Origin: Occultella glacieicola
GTDB taxonomy: Bacteria; Actinomycetota; Actinomycetes; Actinomycetales; Beutenbergiaceae
Length of the DNA stretch: 64,000 nt
Reading direction: 5' to 3'
Assembly: GCF_004353825.1 (NCBI RefSeq)
Contig: NZ_SMNA01000013.1
Span: forward strand, 1-64,000
Part shown: positions 24,528 through 34,361 of the stretch, one piece after another
Numbering within the stretch: position 1 is the stretch's first letter
Layout: the number at the start of each line of letters is the position of its first letter
Notes under the pieces: generated by a model
What the model was told of the DNA's origin: nothing
Database searches by the model: none
The model's input: the letters and a program-made list of their open reading frames with translations, nothing else
Made by a program: the position numbers and the translations under genes

Positions 24528-24592
24528 CCGGCCATTATCCCCACCCGTCAGCAGCAACCAGAACGCCACCACCACAGCAGCGAGGAAGCCAC

Positions 24593-26116
24593 GTGAACGC
24601 ATCAGCCAAGGCCATCATCAACCTCGACGTGGAGGGGCCGGTCATCAGCCGGCACCTGTACGGACACTTCGCCGAGCACCTCGGCCGGTGCATCTACGGC
24701 GGCTTCTACGTCGGTGAGGACTCCGACATCCCGAACGCCGGCGGCATCCGCCTCGACGTGGTGGAGGCGCTGCGGGCCCTGAACATCCCGAACCTGCGCT
24801 GGCCCGGCGGCTGCTTCGCGGACGAGTACCACTGGATGGACGGGATCGGTCCGAGATCCGAGCGGCCCTCGATGGTGAACACCCACTGGGGCAACGTTGA
24901 GGAGAACAACCACTTCGGCACCCACGAGTTCATGGCCCTGTGCGAGCTGCTCGGCGCCGAGCCCTACATCAACGGGAACGTCGGCTCCGGCACCGTCAAG
25001 GAGATGAGCGACTGGGTCGAGTACCTGACCCGGGACGGCGACTCCCCGATGGTGCGGCTGCGCAAGGCCAACGGCCGTGAGGAGCCGTGGACGGTGCCGT
25101 TCTGGGGGATCGGGAACGAGGCGTGGGGCTGCGGAGGCAACATGAGCGCCCAGCACTACGCCGACGAGGCCCGCCGCTACGCCACCTACTGCCGTGACCA
25201 CGGAGACAACAAGCTCTACCGGATCGCCGCCGGCGCCTCGAACGACGACTACGCGTGGACCGAGACCCTGATGAAGGCGGTCAACTGCCTCGGCTGCGCG
25301 AAGGAACCGCGTGGCTACTTCCAGGGGCTGACGTTCCACTACTACACGGTGCCCGGCCCGTGGTCGGACAAGGGCAGCGCGCTCGAGTTCGAGGTCGACG
25401 ACTACTACGCCACCATGGTCAAGGCCGCGCGCGTGGAGGAACTCATCGCCGGGCACGCCGCGGTGATGGACTGCTACGACCCCAAGAAGAAGGTCGGCCT
25501 GATCCTGGACGAGTGGGGCACCTGGTGGAACGTGGAGCCGGGCACGAACCCGGGGTTCCTGTACCAGCAGAACACGATGCGCGACGCCCTCGTCGCGAGC
25601 GTCCACTTCGACGCCTTCCACCGGCACGCGGACCGGCTCGTCATGGCCAACATCGCCCAGACCGTGAACGTGCTGCAGGCGATGATCCTCACCGACCCGG
25701 ACTCCGGCGCGCTCGTGCTCACCCCGACCTACCACGTGTTCGAGATGAACAAGGCCCACCAGGACGCCGCCTCGCTGCGGGTCGACGTGGCGTCCGAGGG
25801 CACCACGCGCACCGTCGGTGAGGACGAGCTGGACACATTCTCGGTCTCGGCCAGCACGAAGGACGGCCGGGCCCTGGTGTCCCTGACGAACCTGGACGCG
25901 GACAGCCCGCTGGAGGTCGACCTCGACCTGCGCGGCCGGGCCGTGGGCGGCGTGCGCGGACGGGTGCTGACCGCGGACGCGCTGAACGCGCACAACACCG
26001 CCGACGCGACCGGCGTGGCCGTGCAGGACCTGGACGGCCTGGCCGTCGAGAACGGGGTGCTGCGGGTGAGCATCCCGGCGCACGCGTTCGTGACGGTGGA
26101 GCTCGACCTGGTCTGA
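24593..26116 (+). CDS. GH51 alpha-L-arabinofuranosidase (Abf2/Xsa type)
   Basis: [62 protein letters not shown]. Confidence 0.93.
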   Translation: MNASAKAIINLDVEGPVISRHLYGHFAEHLGRCIYGGFYVGEDSDIPNAGGIRLDVVEALRALNIPNLRWPGGCFADEYHWMDGIGPRSERPSMVNTHWGNVEENNHFGTHEFMALCELLGAEPYINGNVGSGTVKEMSDWVEYLTRDGDSPMVRLRKANGREEPWTVPFWGIGNEAWGCGGNMSAQHYADEARRYATYCRDHGDNKLYRIAAGASNDDYAWTETLMKAVNCLGCAKEPRGYFQGLTFHYYTVPGPWSDKGSALEFEVDDYYATMVKAARVEELIAGHAAVMDCYDPKKKVGLILDEWGTWWNVEPGTNPGFLYQQNTMRDALVASVHFDAFHRHADRLVMANIAQTVNVLQAMILTDPDSGALVLTPTYHVFEMNKAHQDAASLRVDVASEGTTRTVGEDELDTFSVSASTKDGRALVSLTNLDADSPLEVDLDLRGRAVGGVRGRVLTADALNAHNTADATGVAVQDLDGLAVENGVLRVSIPAHAFVTVELDLV

Positions 26117-26185
26117 CTTCGGGCGCCTGAGCGTCCACCTCGTTCCGTACCCACGCCCGGATCACCGGGGGCCCTCGCGCCGCGG

Positions 26186-27052
26186 GTGAGCCCCGGTGAT
26201 CATGAGTGGGTGGACTATGTCGCTCGCGCCCCGGATCCGCCGCTCGCGGCGCTGATCGACGACGTCTATCTGCTCAGCGGGACCCCGCGGCATCGGCGGC
26301 TGAACGTGCCGCCGATGCCGTCCGCGCATCTGTTCCTCAATCTTGGCGAGCCCGTCCGGTTGTACGACTCCGATCCCGGCGTGCCGGCGGCCACGCTCAC
26401 CGACGCCTGGTTCCTGGGGTTGAGCACCAGGCGTTTCATCATCGAGTACCCGACGTCGGTCCGGCTCGCCGGCGTGCACTTCAAGCCGTGGGGGCTGGCC
26501 CCGTTCGTCGACGTCTCCCTCTCCGACCTGCGGGATCAGTGGGTGCCGGCGGACGCGGTCTGGGGACCCGCGGTTCACCGGCTTCGAGACCAGATCGCGC
26601 AGGCGCCGTCGCCGTGGACGGCCCTTCAGGTGGTGGAGGACGAGCTCCGGGCACGCCGGGTGCCCGAACCACCGCGACACTTCGACCTGGTCAACCACAC
26701 TGCGGGGCGCCTGGAGTCGTCCTGGGGCAGTGTCGGAGTTCGCGCCCTGACAGACAGCGCCGGCGTCAGCGCCACCCACCTGGCCTCGCAGTTCAAGGGG
26801 CTGGTCGGGATCACCCCGAAGCGGCTGGCCCGGATCTACCGGTTCGCGCGGCTGATCCTGTCCGTCGACGCGGCGGCACCCGTCGACTGGTCCGGACTCG
26901 CCCAGACGGCGGGCTACTTCGACCAGGCCCACCTCGGCAAGGAGTTCAAGGACTTCACCGGGCTGACCCCGACCGGCTACCTGGCCCTTCGGCGCCGGCT
27001 CCCCGCGGCGCCGGGCTTCCCGCCGGACCTCGGGCCGATGCCGGCCGATTGA
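26186..27052 (+). CDS. AraC-family transcriptional regulator
   Basis: GVHFKPWG; C-terminal HTH F..LVGITPK...RF, AGYFDQAHLGKEFKDFTGLTP. Confidence 0.85.
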   Translation: MSPGDHEWVDYVARAPDPPLAALIDDVYLLSGTPRHRRLNVPPMPSAHLFLNLGEPVRLYDSDPGVPAATLTDAWFLGLSTRRFIIEYPTSVRLAGVHFKPWGLAPFVDVSLSDLRDQWVPADAVWGPAVHRLRDQIAQAPSPWTALQVVEDELRARRVPEPPRHFDLVNHTAGRLESSWGSVGVRALTDSAGVSATHLASQFKGLVGITPKRLARIYRFARLILSVDAAAPVDWSGLAQTAGYFDQAHLGKEFKDFTGLTPTGYLALRRRLPAAPGFPPDLGPMPAD

Positions 27053-27121
27053 TTTCCTACAAGCCACGACCGCTCACCCTTCCTACGATCGAGGCACCGG
27101 GCGCGAACCGAGGGAGAGATC

Positions 27122-27742
27122 GTGGGCACCGTGATCATGCACAACGTCGTGTCGGTCGACGGCTTCATCGCCGATTCGAATGATGACGTGGGACCGTTGC
27201 ACGACTGGTACTTCAGCGGTGACACACCGATCACCGAGCCGACAGACGGCGCCGAGTTCGACCACTCCGGGGACGGTGGGGGGTTCCGGGTCTCCGCGAG
27301 GTCGGCACCGTACGTCCGAGCCATGTGGGCGCGGATCGGCGTGATCGTGATGGGTCGCCACTTCTTCGATCTGATGAACGGGTGGGAGGGCCAGCCGCCC
27401 ACGGGAGAGCACGTGGTGGTGGTCTCCCACCGTCCCAAACCCGAGGGATGGCACCCGGAGGCGTCCTACCACTTCTTCGACGACGTCCGGGCCGCCATGG
27501 CAGCGGCGCAGGAGTTGGGAGGTGACCGGGCGATCGCGGTGAACGCCGGGGAGGTCGGGGGCCAGATCCTCGCGGCCGGCCTGGTCGACGAGGTCGCGAT
27601 GGACGTGGTGCCGGTGGTCTTCGGGACGGGCAAGCGCTACTTCGGTGGCATCGACACCCAGCTCCTGCTCGAGGATCCCCATGTGGTGATCGAGGGCGAC
27701 CGAGTCCTGCACCTGGCCTTCAAGGTGCGCCGCCAACCCTGA
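27122..27742 (+). CDS. DHFR/RibD C-terminal domain family protein
   Basis: VSVDGFIA, VMGRHFF, VVSHR, GLVDEV...VPVVFGTGKRYF. SD GAGGGAG. Confidence 0.85.
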   Translation: MGTVIMHNVVSVDGFIADSNDDVGPLHDWYFSGDTPITEPTDGAEFDHSGDGGGFRVSARSAPYVRAMWARIGVIVMGRHFFDLMNGWEGQPPTGEHVVVVSHRPKPEGWHPEASYHFFDDVRAAMAAAQELGGDRAIAVNAGEVGGQILAAGLVDEVAMDVVPVVFGTGKRYFGGIDTQLLLEDPHVVIEGDRVLHLAFKVRRQP

Positions 27743-27796
27743 GCGCGGGCGCCCGTGTAACCTTCCCTCGACAACGGGGTGAGACGGGGGCACAGC

Positions 27797-28282
27797 ATGG
27801 GCAGGGGCCACATCGCGGCGATTTCGGCTGTGGCGATCACCACGCTCCTGGTCAGTGGCTGCAGCCCCGCAGACAGCGGCGCTGGGGCCGCGGCGCGGGA
27901 AGGAACGTCCGCCCCGGAGGCGACCACCGGACCCTCGGCCGAGGCGATGTCGGACGACGACCTCTGTCGCGCGTTCGGGGACGTGCTGACCATCACCGAG
28001 AACGCCGACCTCGGTCTGCGGGACGGGCGGATGGAGGCCCAGGAACAGCACGGCTGGTACCGACTGGCCACGCGGGTTCTGGGTCGGCTGCCCTCGAGCA
28101 ACACCGGTGCCGTGAGCCAGGCGATCGCCGACCTGCAGGCGGTCGCCCCGGCCGTCCCGAGTGGGGCGTCGGAGACCGTTGAAATCGGGTCGGCCGAGTG
28201 GACGGACGCGTCCGGGCGGCTCAGCACCGCCTGCGAGGCAGCCGGCGTGGAGGTGAGCCTTGAGTCCTTCACCGGAGGATGA
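27797..28282 (+). CDS. Hypothetical lipoprotein
   Basis: Hydrophobic signal ending in lipobox LVSGC, low-complexity linker, small helical domain with two Cys (LCRAF, TACE). Confidence 0.65.
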   Translation: MGRGHIAAISAVAITTLLVSGCSPADSGAGAAAREGTSAPEATTGPSAEAMSDDDLCRAFGDVLTITENADLGLRDGRMEAQEQHGWYRLATRVLGRLPSSNTGAVSQAIADLQAVAPAVPSGASETVEIGSAEWTDASGRLSTACEAAGVEVSLESFTGG

Positions 28283-28333
28283 CGGCCCGGTCCGGGCGGC
28301 TGACGGCGACCCGGGTCTGGTGGGCCAGGGGGG

Positions 28334-28693
28334 GTGAGGTCGACGAGTCCCGGTGCGCACTCATCGGCGGCGAGGGTTCGATCGCCGGCGTCCGTGGCCG
28401 TTGCGGCTGCCCTCGTCGGTGCCGTGCTGGCGATCTTCCCTCTGATGGTCCTCTGGGGAACTGCTCGGCATCCCGGTGGAGGACCGATGGTGCGCTACAG
28501 CCAGGTCGCGACGATCCCGACGGCCCTGGTCTGCGCGGTGCTGCTGTTCTTGGCGAGTCGTCAGAGGCGGCCGCTCGGTGCCTGGCTGCTCGCCGTCGGC
28601 GCCGTCGTCCTCGCGTTGGCCGTCGGCGTCGGTTGTGGCTTCTACGACGAGTGGACGGAGACCCAGCCCGGCGGGCGTGGCTATCAGCCGTAG
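28334..28693 (+). CDS. Hypothetical small membrane protein
   Basis: Three hydrophobic segments; G-rich SD-like run upstream. Confidence 0.5.
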   Translation: MRSTSPGAHSSAARVRSPASVAVAAALVGAVLAIFPLMVLWGTARHPGGGPMVRYSQVATIPTALVCAVLLFLASRQRRPLGAWLLAVGAVVLALAVGVGCGFYDEWTETQPGGRGYQP

Positions 28694-28763
28694 GCGCAGA
28701 GGCCGATGCGCGACCGCGACGGCTCGGACATACTGCCGCTAAATCTCGATGGTGGAAGGTCTC

Positions 28764-28970
28764 GTGACAACGACGAAACTGATCAGTCTGCCCGACCAGT
28801 TGGCTCGTGACATCAAGGCTGCGGCTGCCAGGGCCGGCCAGTCCGACTCGCTCTGGATCCGGGAAGCCGCAGAGGCGAGGCTCGCCGGTGCACGGGAGGA
28901 TTCGCTCGCTGAGGTCGCGGACTTCATCTCCCATCGCGACCGCGAGGCAATGGACCAGCTGGCGGAGTGA
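28764..28970 (+). CDS. Ribbon-helix-helix (CopG-like) antitoxin
   Basis: TKLISLPDQLARDIKAAAARAGQSDSLWIREA; C-terminus RDREAMDQLAE resembles Doc-partner antitoxins; GTGA overlap with the Doc gene. Confidence 0.7.
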   Translation: MTTTKLISLPDQLARDIKAAAARAGQSDSLWIREAAEARLAGAREDSLAEVADFISHRDREAMDQLAE

Positions 28971-29258
28971 CGTTCAGCTACCTCTCGTCCTCGGATCTGC
29001 TCCTCCGGTTCGTCCGGGTCGAGGGCTTTCGACCGGTGGTCCGCGACCTCGGGGCCCTCGAGTCCGCGGTCCAACGTCCGCGGACCGCCTTCGCAGGGCA
29101 GCACTTGTCACCGACCCTGAGCCTGGCAGCAGCCATCCCTGATGGAGGCGATCAACCAGAATCACCCCCTGCTCGACGGGAGCAAGCGACTGGCCTGGAT
29201 CGGCGTGGCGGCGATGTACGCGCTGGCCGGGCACCGCAACCCGGTGCTCTCCCAGGAT
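28967..29258 (+). pseudogene. doc: Fic/Doc-family toxin, frameshifted and 3'-truncated
   Basis: Frame A gives VRDLGALESAVQRP...AAAI. One extra C in ATCCCTG (29135-29141) shifts to frame B: LMEAINQNHPLLDGSKRLAW (canonical HPFxDGNKR). Similarity ends at PVLSQD. Confidence 0.8.
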
Positions 29259-29260
29259 AG

Positions 29261-30085
29261 GTGTACTGCCACCGGGCGGTGGGGTGGCCGAGCGAGCCGG
29301 AGATCGTGGAGGCCGTCCCGGTGCGCTCCTGCCGGCGCCGTGGGGCCGCGATCGACCTCGTGCTCGAGCGGTCCCGGGAGAACCGGAGCCAGCTCGTGCT
29401 CACCCGGATCAAGGGCGGCCGGGAGGCGGTGTTCTGGCAGACCGCCCGCACGGCGAAGCAGGCGCGGCCCGCCGTCAGCATCCCCACCGCCCGGGCGGGT
29501 GGACCGGCCGGGCTCGAGATCGTGGTCGACAGCCGGGAGCGGTACGCCTGGAACTTCGCCCACCAGCAGGTGACCACCCGGCGCGCCTCACTGGCGGCCG
29601 GCGACTACGCGATCACGGTCGACGGCGTGGTGGTGGCCTCGGTGGAACGCAAGAGCCTGGCCGACCTCGCCAGCACGCTGAGCTCCGGCAGGATGCGCTA
29701 CCTCGCGGCAGATCTGAGCGAGGTTCCGCGGGACGCGGTGGTGGTCGAGGACCGCTACTCGAAGGTGTTCTCGCTCGAGCACGTCCGGCCCTCGGTGGTG
29801 GCCGACGCGGTCGCCGAGCACCACGCCAGGTTCCCCCAGGTGCCGATCGTCTTCTGTGAGACCCGTGCCCTCGCGCAGGAGTGGACCTACCGGTTCCTCG
29901 CCGCCGCCCTCACCGAGGTCGCGGGGGAGGACATCGGTGCCGCGCGCACCGGTGCGCTCGCGACCGCTGCGGCACCGGCACCGGCGGCGATCCGTGCCTG
30001 GGCCCGCCGTCAGGGGTTCGAGGTGTCCGACCGCGGCCGCATCCCTGCCGAGATCCGCGCCGCCTTCGACCGCCGCCACGAGTGA
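29261..30085 (+). CDS. ERCC4-domain nuclease-like protein with C-terminal Lsr2 DNA-binding domain, probably 5'-truncated
   Basis: IVVDSRER, AGDY, VERKSLADL (ERKx3D), VVVED; C-terminal IRAWARRQGFEVSDRGRIP (Lsr2 AT-hook). Starts abruptly at VYCHR right at the Doc breakpoint. Confidence 0.78.
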   Translation: MYCHRAVGWPSEPEIVEAVPVRSCRRRGAAIDLVLERSRENRSQLVLTRIKGGREAVFWQTARTAKQARPAVSIPTARAGGPAGLEIVVDSRERYAWNFAHQQVTTRRASLAAGDYAITVDGVVVASVERKSLADLASTLSSGRMRYLAADLSEVPRDAVVVEDRYSKVFSLEHVRPSVVADAVAEHHARFPQVPIVFCETRALAQEWTYRFLAAALTEVAGEDIGAARTGALATAAAPAPAAIRAWARRQGFEVSDRGRIPAEIRAAFDRRHE

Positions 30086-30189
30086 GTCGCGGGCCGGCCC
30101 GGCGCGACGGCGCCATCACGATGTCGGGCGTGGCGAACCGGGGCCGGGGAATGCGGTTCCGGACCTGACTCGGGCCTACCCTGACCCCT

Positions 30190-31212
30190 ATGGCGGCGAC
30201 GATGCGGGATGTGGCTGCACTGGCCGGGGTGTCCCTGAAGACGGTCTCCCGGGTGGTCAACAGCGAACCGCACATCCGGCCCGAGACCGTCGCGCGGGTG
30301 CGGGAGGCGATCGCCCGCCTGGGCTGGGTGCCCAACGGGGCCGCCCGGGCGCTGCGCACCGGGCGGACCGGTGTCATCGGCATCGCCGTGGCCGGGCTGC
30401 GCCGCCCGTATCTGGCCGCCCTCGTCGAGGCGCTGGTGACCGAGACCGACCGGCGCGGGCTCCAGGCCGCCGTGGAGCCCAGTCACGGCGACCCGGCGCG
30501 GATCCGGTCGGTCCTGGACGGCCGCGGCGTCAGCTACGACGGCGTCGTGCTGATCGGGGACGACGGCGCCGGCCTCCCGCTCGACGGCGCGCTCACCGAC
30601 CGCCCGGTCGTGGTGGTCCAGGGTGACGAGGGCGACGCGGACCTCGTGGTCGACGACGTCGCCTCGGCCATGGGGATGGTGACCCGACACCTGGCGGTGC
30701 TGGGACGCCGCCGCCCCCTCCTGCTCGGCGGAGACCGCGGCGCGGACCGTGGCCCGCGGACCCCTGGCACCCTCGCCGAGCCCGGTGCGGTGACCCGGGC
30801 CGCGCTCGCGGCCGCCGGGTTCGAGGCGGCCGTGCCCGTGATCCGGCCCGACGGCGAGTGGGACCGGGCCTGGGGCGCCACGGCCGCGGTCGAGGCCTTG
30901 GCCGCGCACCCGCAGACCGACGCGCTCATCTGCGTCAACGACGAGGTGGCGCTCGGGGCCCTGTCCGCCCTGGCCGCCCGCGGCGTGGACGTGCCGGGCC
31001 GGGTGGCGCTGTTCGGGTACGACAACCTCGACGACGGCTGGTTCACCACGCCGTCCCTGACCACCGTCGACCCCGGCCCGGCGCGTCTGGCCCGGGCCGC
31101 CCTGGACCTGCTCGGGGAGCGGATCGCGCGGACCGCGCCGGCCGCGCCGCGCCGGGTGGTGCTGCCCGTCGAGCTGGTGCGTCGGGAGTCCACGATGGGA
31201 TCGCCCCGATGA
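30190..31212 (+). CDS. LacI-family regulator
   Basis: TMRDVAALAGVSLKTVSRVVN, PNGAARALRTG, CVNDEVALG, PSLTTV. TACCCT 7 nt before the ATG. Confidence 0.88.
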   Translation: MAATMRDVAALAGVSLKTVSRVVNSEPHIRPETVARVREAIARLGWVPNGAARALRTGRTGVIGIAVAGLRRPYLAALVEALVTETDRRGLQAAVEPSHGDPARIRSVLDGRGVSYDGVVLIGDDGAGLPLDGALTDRPVVVVQGDEGDADLVVDDVASAMGMVTRHLAVLGRRRPLLLGGDRGADRGPRTPGTLAEPGAVTRAALAAAGFEAAVPVIRPDGEWDRAWGATAAVEALAAHPQTDALICVNDEVALGALSALAARGVDVPGRVALFGYDNLDDGWFTTPSLTTVDPGPARLARAALDLLGERIARTAPAAPRRVVLPVELVRRESTMGSPR

Positions 31213-32222
31213 GCCGGCCGACCCTTGCGGACGTGGCCGCGCGCGCCGGCGTCTCGGCGAAGACCGTCTCGAACGTCCTGCTCGGGCGCCGGCACGTGGC
31301 CGAGGCCACCCGGGCCAGGGTCCTCGAGGCCGTCACCGAGGTCGGGTACACCGTCAACGCGGCCGGACGCGGGCTGGCGTCCGGACGGACCGGCCGGGTG
31401 GCGGTCGTGGTGCCGATGATCTACCAACCCTATTTCGCCGAGGTCGCCGAGCGGCTCATCCTGGCCCTGGCGGAGCACGGACTGACCACCACGCTGCGGA
31501 TCGCGCACGACGACGCCGCCGAGCGGGACGCCGTGCTCGGACTCACCACCCCGGACGTCGACGGCGTGATCCTGTGCCCGCACGGGCTCAGCCCGGAGGT
31601 CCTCGGCGACGGGATCGTGCCGCGGCCCGTGGTGCAGCTCGGCGGCGGGATCATGCCGTCGTTCGACTGCGTGATCATGGGCGAGACCGAGGGCTTCCGG
31701 TCCATGACCGAGCACCTGCTGGCCACCGGCCGCAAGCGGATCGCCCTGATCGGCACCGGTCCGGGCGGGGCGCCGCAGGGAAGCCGGTTCGCCGGCTACC
31801 TCGAGGCGCTCACGGCCCACGGCATCGACCTCGACGAGCGGCTGCTGATCACCGGGTCGGACTGGGACCGGCGCGCCTCCGGGTACGAGGCGGTGGTGGG
31901 TCTGCTCCGGACCGGAGTGGAGTTCGACGCGGTCATGTGCTTCAACGACGCGATGGCCGTCGGCGCCCTGCGCGGCCTGCGCAGTCACGGCCTCCGGGTG
32001 CCCCAGGACGTGGCCCTGACCGGGTTCGACGACACCGCCGAGGTCGAGTTCACCTCACCGCCGCTGTCCTCGGTCAGCCCCGAGCAGGCGCAGATGGTCG
32101 CCGCCACGGTGCGGATGCTCATCGAGCGGATCGACGGTTACGCCGGCGAGCCGCGGGTGGTGCGCACCGGCGCGCACCTGGTGCCGCGGGAGTCCTCCGC
32201 CCCGGCCGAGTCCGCCGGGTAG
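31209..32222 (+). CDS. LacI-family regulator (second, translationally coupled)
   Basis: PTLADVAARAGVSAKTVSNVL, CFNDAMAVG, GFDD, PPLSSV. ATGA overlap. Confidence 0.9.
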   Translation: MSRPTLADVAARAGVSAKTVSNVLLGRRHVAEATRARVLEAVTEVGYTVNAAGRGLASGRTGRVAVVVPMIYQPYFAEVAERLILALAEHGLTTTLRIAHDDAAERDAVLGLTTPDVDGVILCPHGLSPEVLGDGIVPRPVVQLGGGIMPSFDCVIMGETEGFRSMTEHLLATGRKRIALIGTGPGGAPQGSRFAGYLEALTAHGIDLDERLLITGSDWDRRASGYEAVVGLLRTGVEFDAVMCFNDAMAVGALRGLRSHGLRVPQDVALTGFDDTAEVEFTSPPLSSVSPEQAQMVAATVRMLIERIDGYAGEPRVVRTGAHLVPRESSAPAESAG

Positions 32223-32282
32223 CGCGCGGGCGATCCGGCGCCCTCGCGCGCCCCAAGACGATCGCGATGCCGTGACACGAAC

Positions 32283-32335
32283 TGACAACGCTGATGGCTT
32301 GCCTGTTGACAACGCTGAATGGCAACGTTAACAAT
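32283..32335 (+). promoter_or_regulatory. Promoter with three tandem LacI-type sites
   Basis: TGACAACGCTGA at 32283-32294 and 32307-32318, TGGCAACGTTAA at 32320-32331; TTGACA -35 at 32306-32311; AT-rich TAACAAT at 32329-32335. Confidence 0.7.
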
Positions 32336-32366
32336 TGGTCCCGTCGCACCGATGAGGGAGTCAGAG

Positions 32367-34310
32367 TTGACCACGCAAGCCGTTCCCGCCGGATCCGTCC
32401 AGCCGGGGTCCGTCGCGCCCGCCGTGCCCACCGGGCCGGTCGCCGTGCAGCGTCCGCTGGATCTGCGGGCGGTCCGCCTGGACCCCAGTGGCCGGCTCGG
32501 CGCCTGGCAGGACCTGAACGCGACCGCCACCATCCCGCACTGCATCGACCAACTCGAGGCGTCCGGGGTACTGGACAACTTCCGCCGCCTGGTCTCCGAG
32601 TCCGACGCGGCCCACCGCGGCTTCGTGTTCGCCGACTCCGACCTGTACAAGGTGATCGAGGCGGTCGCCTGGGAGATCGGCCGGTCCGGCACCGACCGCT
32701 GGGACGCCTGGCTCGACGACGTGATCGCCCTGGTCGCGAGGGCCCAGGACGAGACCGGCTACGTGATGACCTGGATCCAGGGCGTCCACCCCGAGAAACG
32801 GTTCGCCGAACTCGAGTGGACCCACGAGATGTACGTGCTCGGGCATCTGGTCCAGGCCGCTGTCGCCCTGGACCGGGCCGCGGGCCGCACCGACCTGCTC
32901 GCGATCGCCGAGCGGTTCGTGGCCCTGGTCCAGCGCACGTTCGGGCCGGGCGGCACCGACGGTATCTGCGGCCACCCCGAGATCGAGACCGCGCTCGTCG
33001 AGCTCTACCGGCACACCGGCGACCGGGCCCACCTCGACCTCGCCCAGCGGATGGTCGACCTGCGCGGCCGCGGTCTGCTCAAGGTCGGCTCGCTCGGCGC
33101 CCGCTACTTCCAGGACCACGCCCCGGTACGGGAGGCGACGGCCGCCGTCGGGCATGCGGTTCGCCAGCTGTACCTGAACGCGGGCGTCACCGACCTCTAT
33201 CTGGAGACCGGCGAGGCGGCGCTCCTGGACGCGATGGACGCCCAGTGGGCCAGCGCGCACGAGCGCAAGATGTACCTCTCCGGCGCGTTCGGAGCCCGGC
33301 ACCGGGACGAGGCCTTCGGCGACGACTACGAGCTGCCGTCGGAGCGCGCCTACGCCGAGACCTGCGCGACGATCGCGGACCTGCACTGGACCTGGCGGAT
33401 GACCCTGGCCCGCGGCGGGTCCGCCTATGCGGAGACGATCGAGCGGGAGATCCACAACGCCCTCGCGGCCTCCGTGGACGCCGGCGGCACCCGGTTCTTC
33501 TACTCCAACCCGCTACAGCTGCGCCCGGACCGCTACTCCGAGGAGAACTCCCCGCGCGAGCGCACCTCCTGGTACGCCTGCGCCTGCTGCCCCCCGAACA
33601 TCGCCCGCGTGGTCGCCCAGCTCTCCGCCTACGTGGCGAGCAGCACCGACGACGAACTCCTCGTGCACCAGTTCGCCGCCGCCGAGATCGACCTCCCGGC
33701 ACACCTCGGCCAGGGCACGCTCCTCGTCGAGACCGACTACCCGCGCACCGGCGCGGTGGCGCTGAGCGTGCGCGGCAGCGTGCGGCCGGGGGCACGGCTC
33801 GCCGTGCGGATCCCGGGCTGGTCGGCCGGCTCCCCTCTCGTCGCCGTGATGCCCGACGGCGGCCCGGCGGCCGGGTCGGGGAGCGTCGCCGAGGCGGACG
33901 GTTACGCCCGCGTCGACCTCGCCGACGGCGCCCGGTACCGATTGGACCTCGACCTCACCCCGCGCTGGACCACCGGGCACCCCCGCGTGGACGCCGTCCG
34001 CGGGTGCATCGCGCTCGAGCGGGGGCCGGTCGTGTACTGCGTCGAACAGGCCGACCTGACCGGGCCCGCCGAGGTCGACGACCTGAGTGTCGTCGTGACG
34101 CAGGCGCCACGCGAGGTGACCGCCGCCGACGGCGGCACCCGCCTGGAACTGGCCGCTCGCCTGAGCGAGCCACCGACCGAGCTGTACCGGACCGCCGAGG
34201 GCGAGCCTGCGCCGTCGGGCACCACCACCGTGACCGCCATCCCGTTCGCGACCTGGGGCAACCGCGCCCCGGGCGCGATGCGGGTCTGGCTCCCTGTCGC
34301 CCGTGACTAG
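32367..34310 (+). CDS. GH127 beta-L-arabinofuranosidase (HypBA1-like)
   Basis: FADSDLYKVIEA, HEMYVLGHL, GHPEIE, GHAVR, EAFGDDYELP, YAETCA, FFYSNPL, CACCPPN. TTG 32367 after GAGGGAG (ATG 32352 is an alternative). Confidence 0.92.
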   Translation: MTTQAVPAGSVQPGSVAPAVPTGPVAVQRPLDLRAVRLDPSGRLGAWQDLNATATIPHCIDQLEASGVLDNFRRLVSESDAAHRGFVFADSDLYKVIEAVAWEIGRSGTDRWDAWLDDVIALVARAQDETGYVMTWIQGVHPEKRFAELEWTHEMYVLGHLVQAAVALDRAAGRTDLLAIAERFVALVQRTFGPGGTDGICGHPEIETALVELYRHTGDRAHLDLAQRMVDLRGRGLLKVGSLGARYFQDHAPVREATAAVGHAVRQLYLNAGVTDLYLETGEAALLDAMDAQWASAHERKMYLSGAFGARHRDEAFGDDYELPSERAYAETCATIADLHWTWRMTLARGGSAYAETIEREIHNALAASVDAGGTRFFYSNPLQLRPDRYSEENSPRERTSWYACACCPPNIARVVAQLSAYVASSTDDELLVHQFAAAEIDLPAHLGQGTLLVETDYPRTGAVALSVRGSVRPGARLAVRIPGWSAGSPLVAVMPDGGPAAGSGSVAEADGYARVDLADGARYRLDLDLTPRWTTGHPRVDAVRGCIALERGPVVYCVEQADLTGPAEVDDLSVVVTQAPREVTAADGGTRLELAARLSEPPTELYRTAEGEPAPSGTTTVTAIPFATWGNRAPGAMRVWLPVARD

Positions 34311-34361
34311 TCGCGGCGACGCACGCATCACACCCGCAACAACCACACGAAGGGCTCAAGG

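Noticed and set aside
28279..28767. 162-aa alternative ORF
   Set aside because: Arg-rich shadow frame; the overlapping 119-aa hydrophobic ORF is more protein-like.
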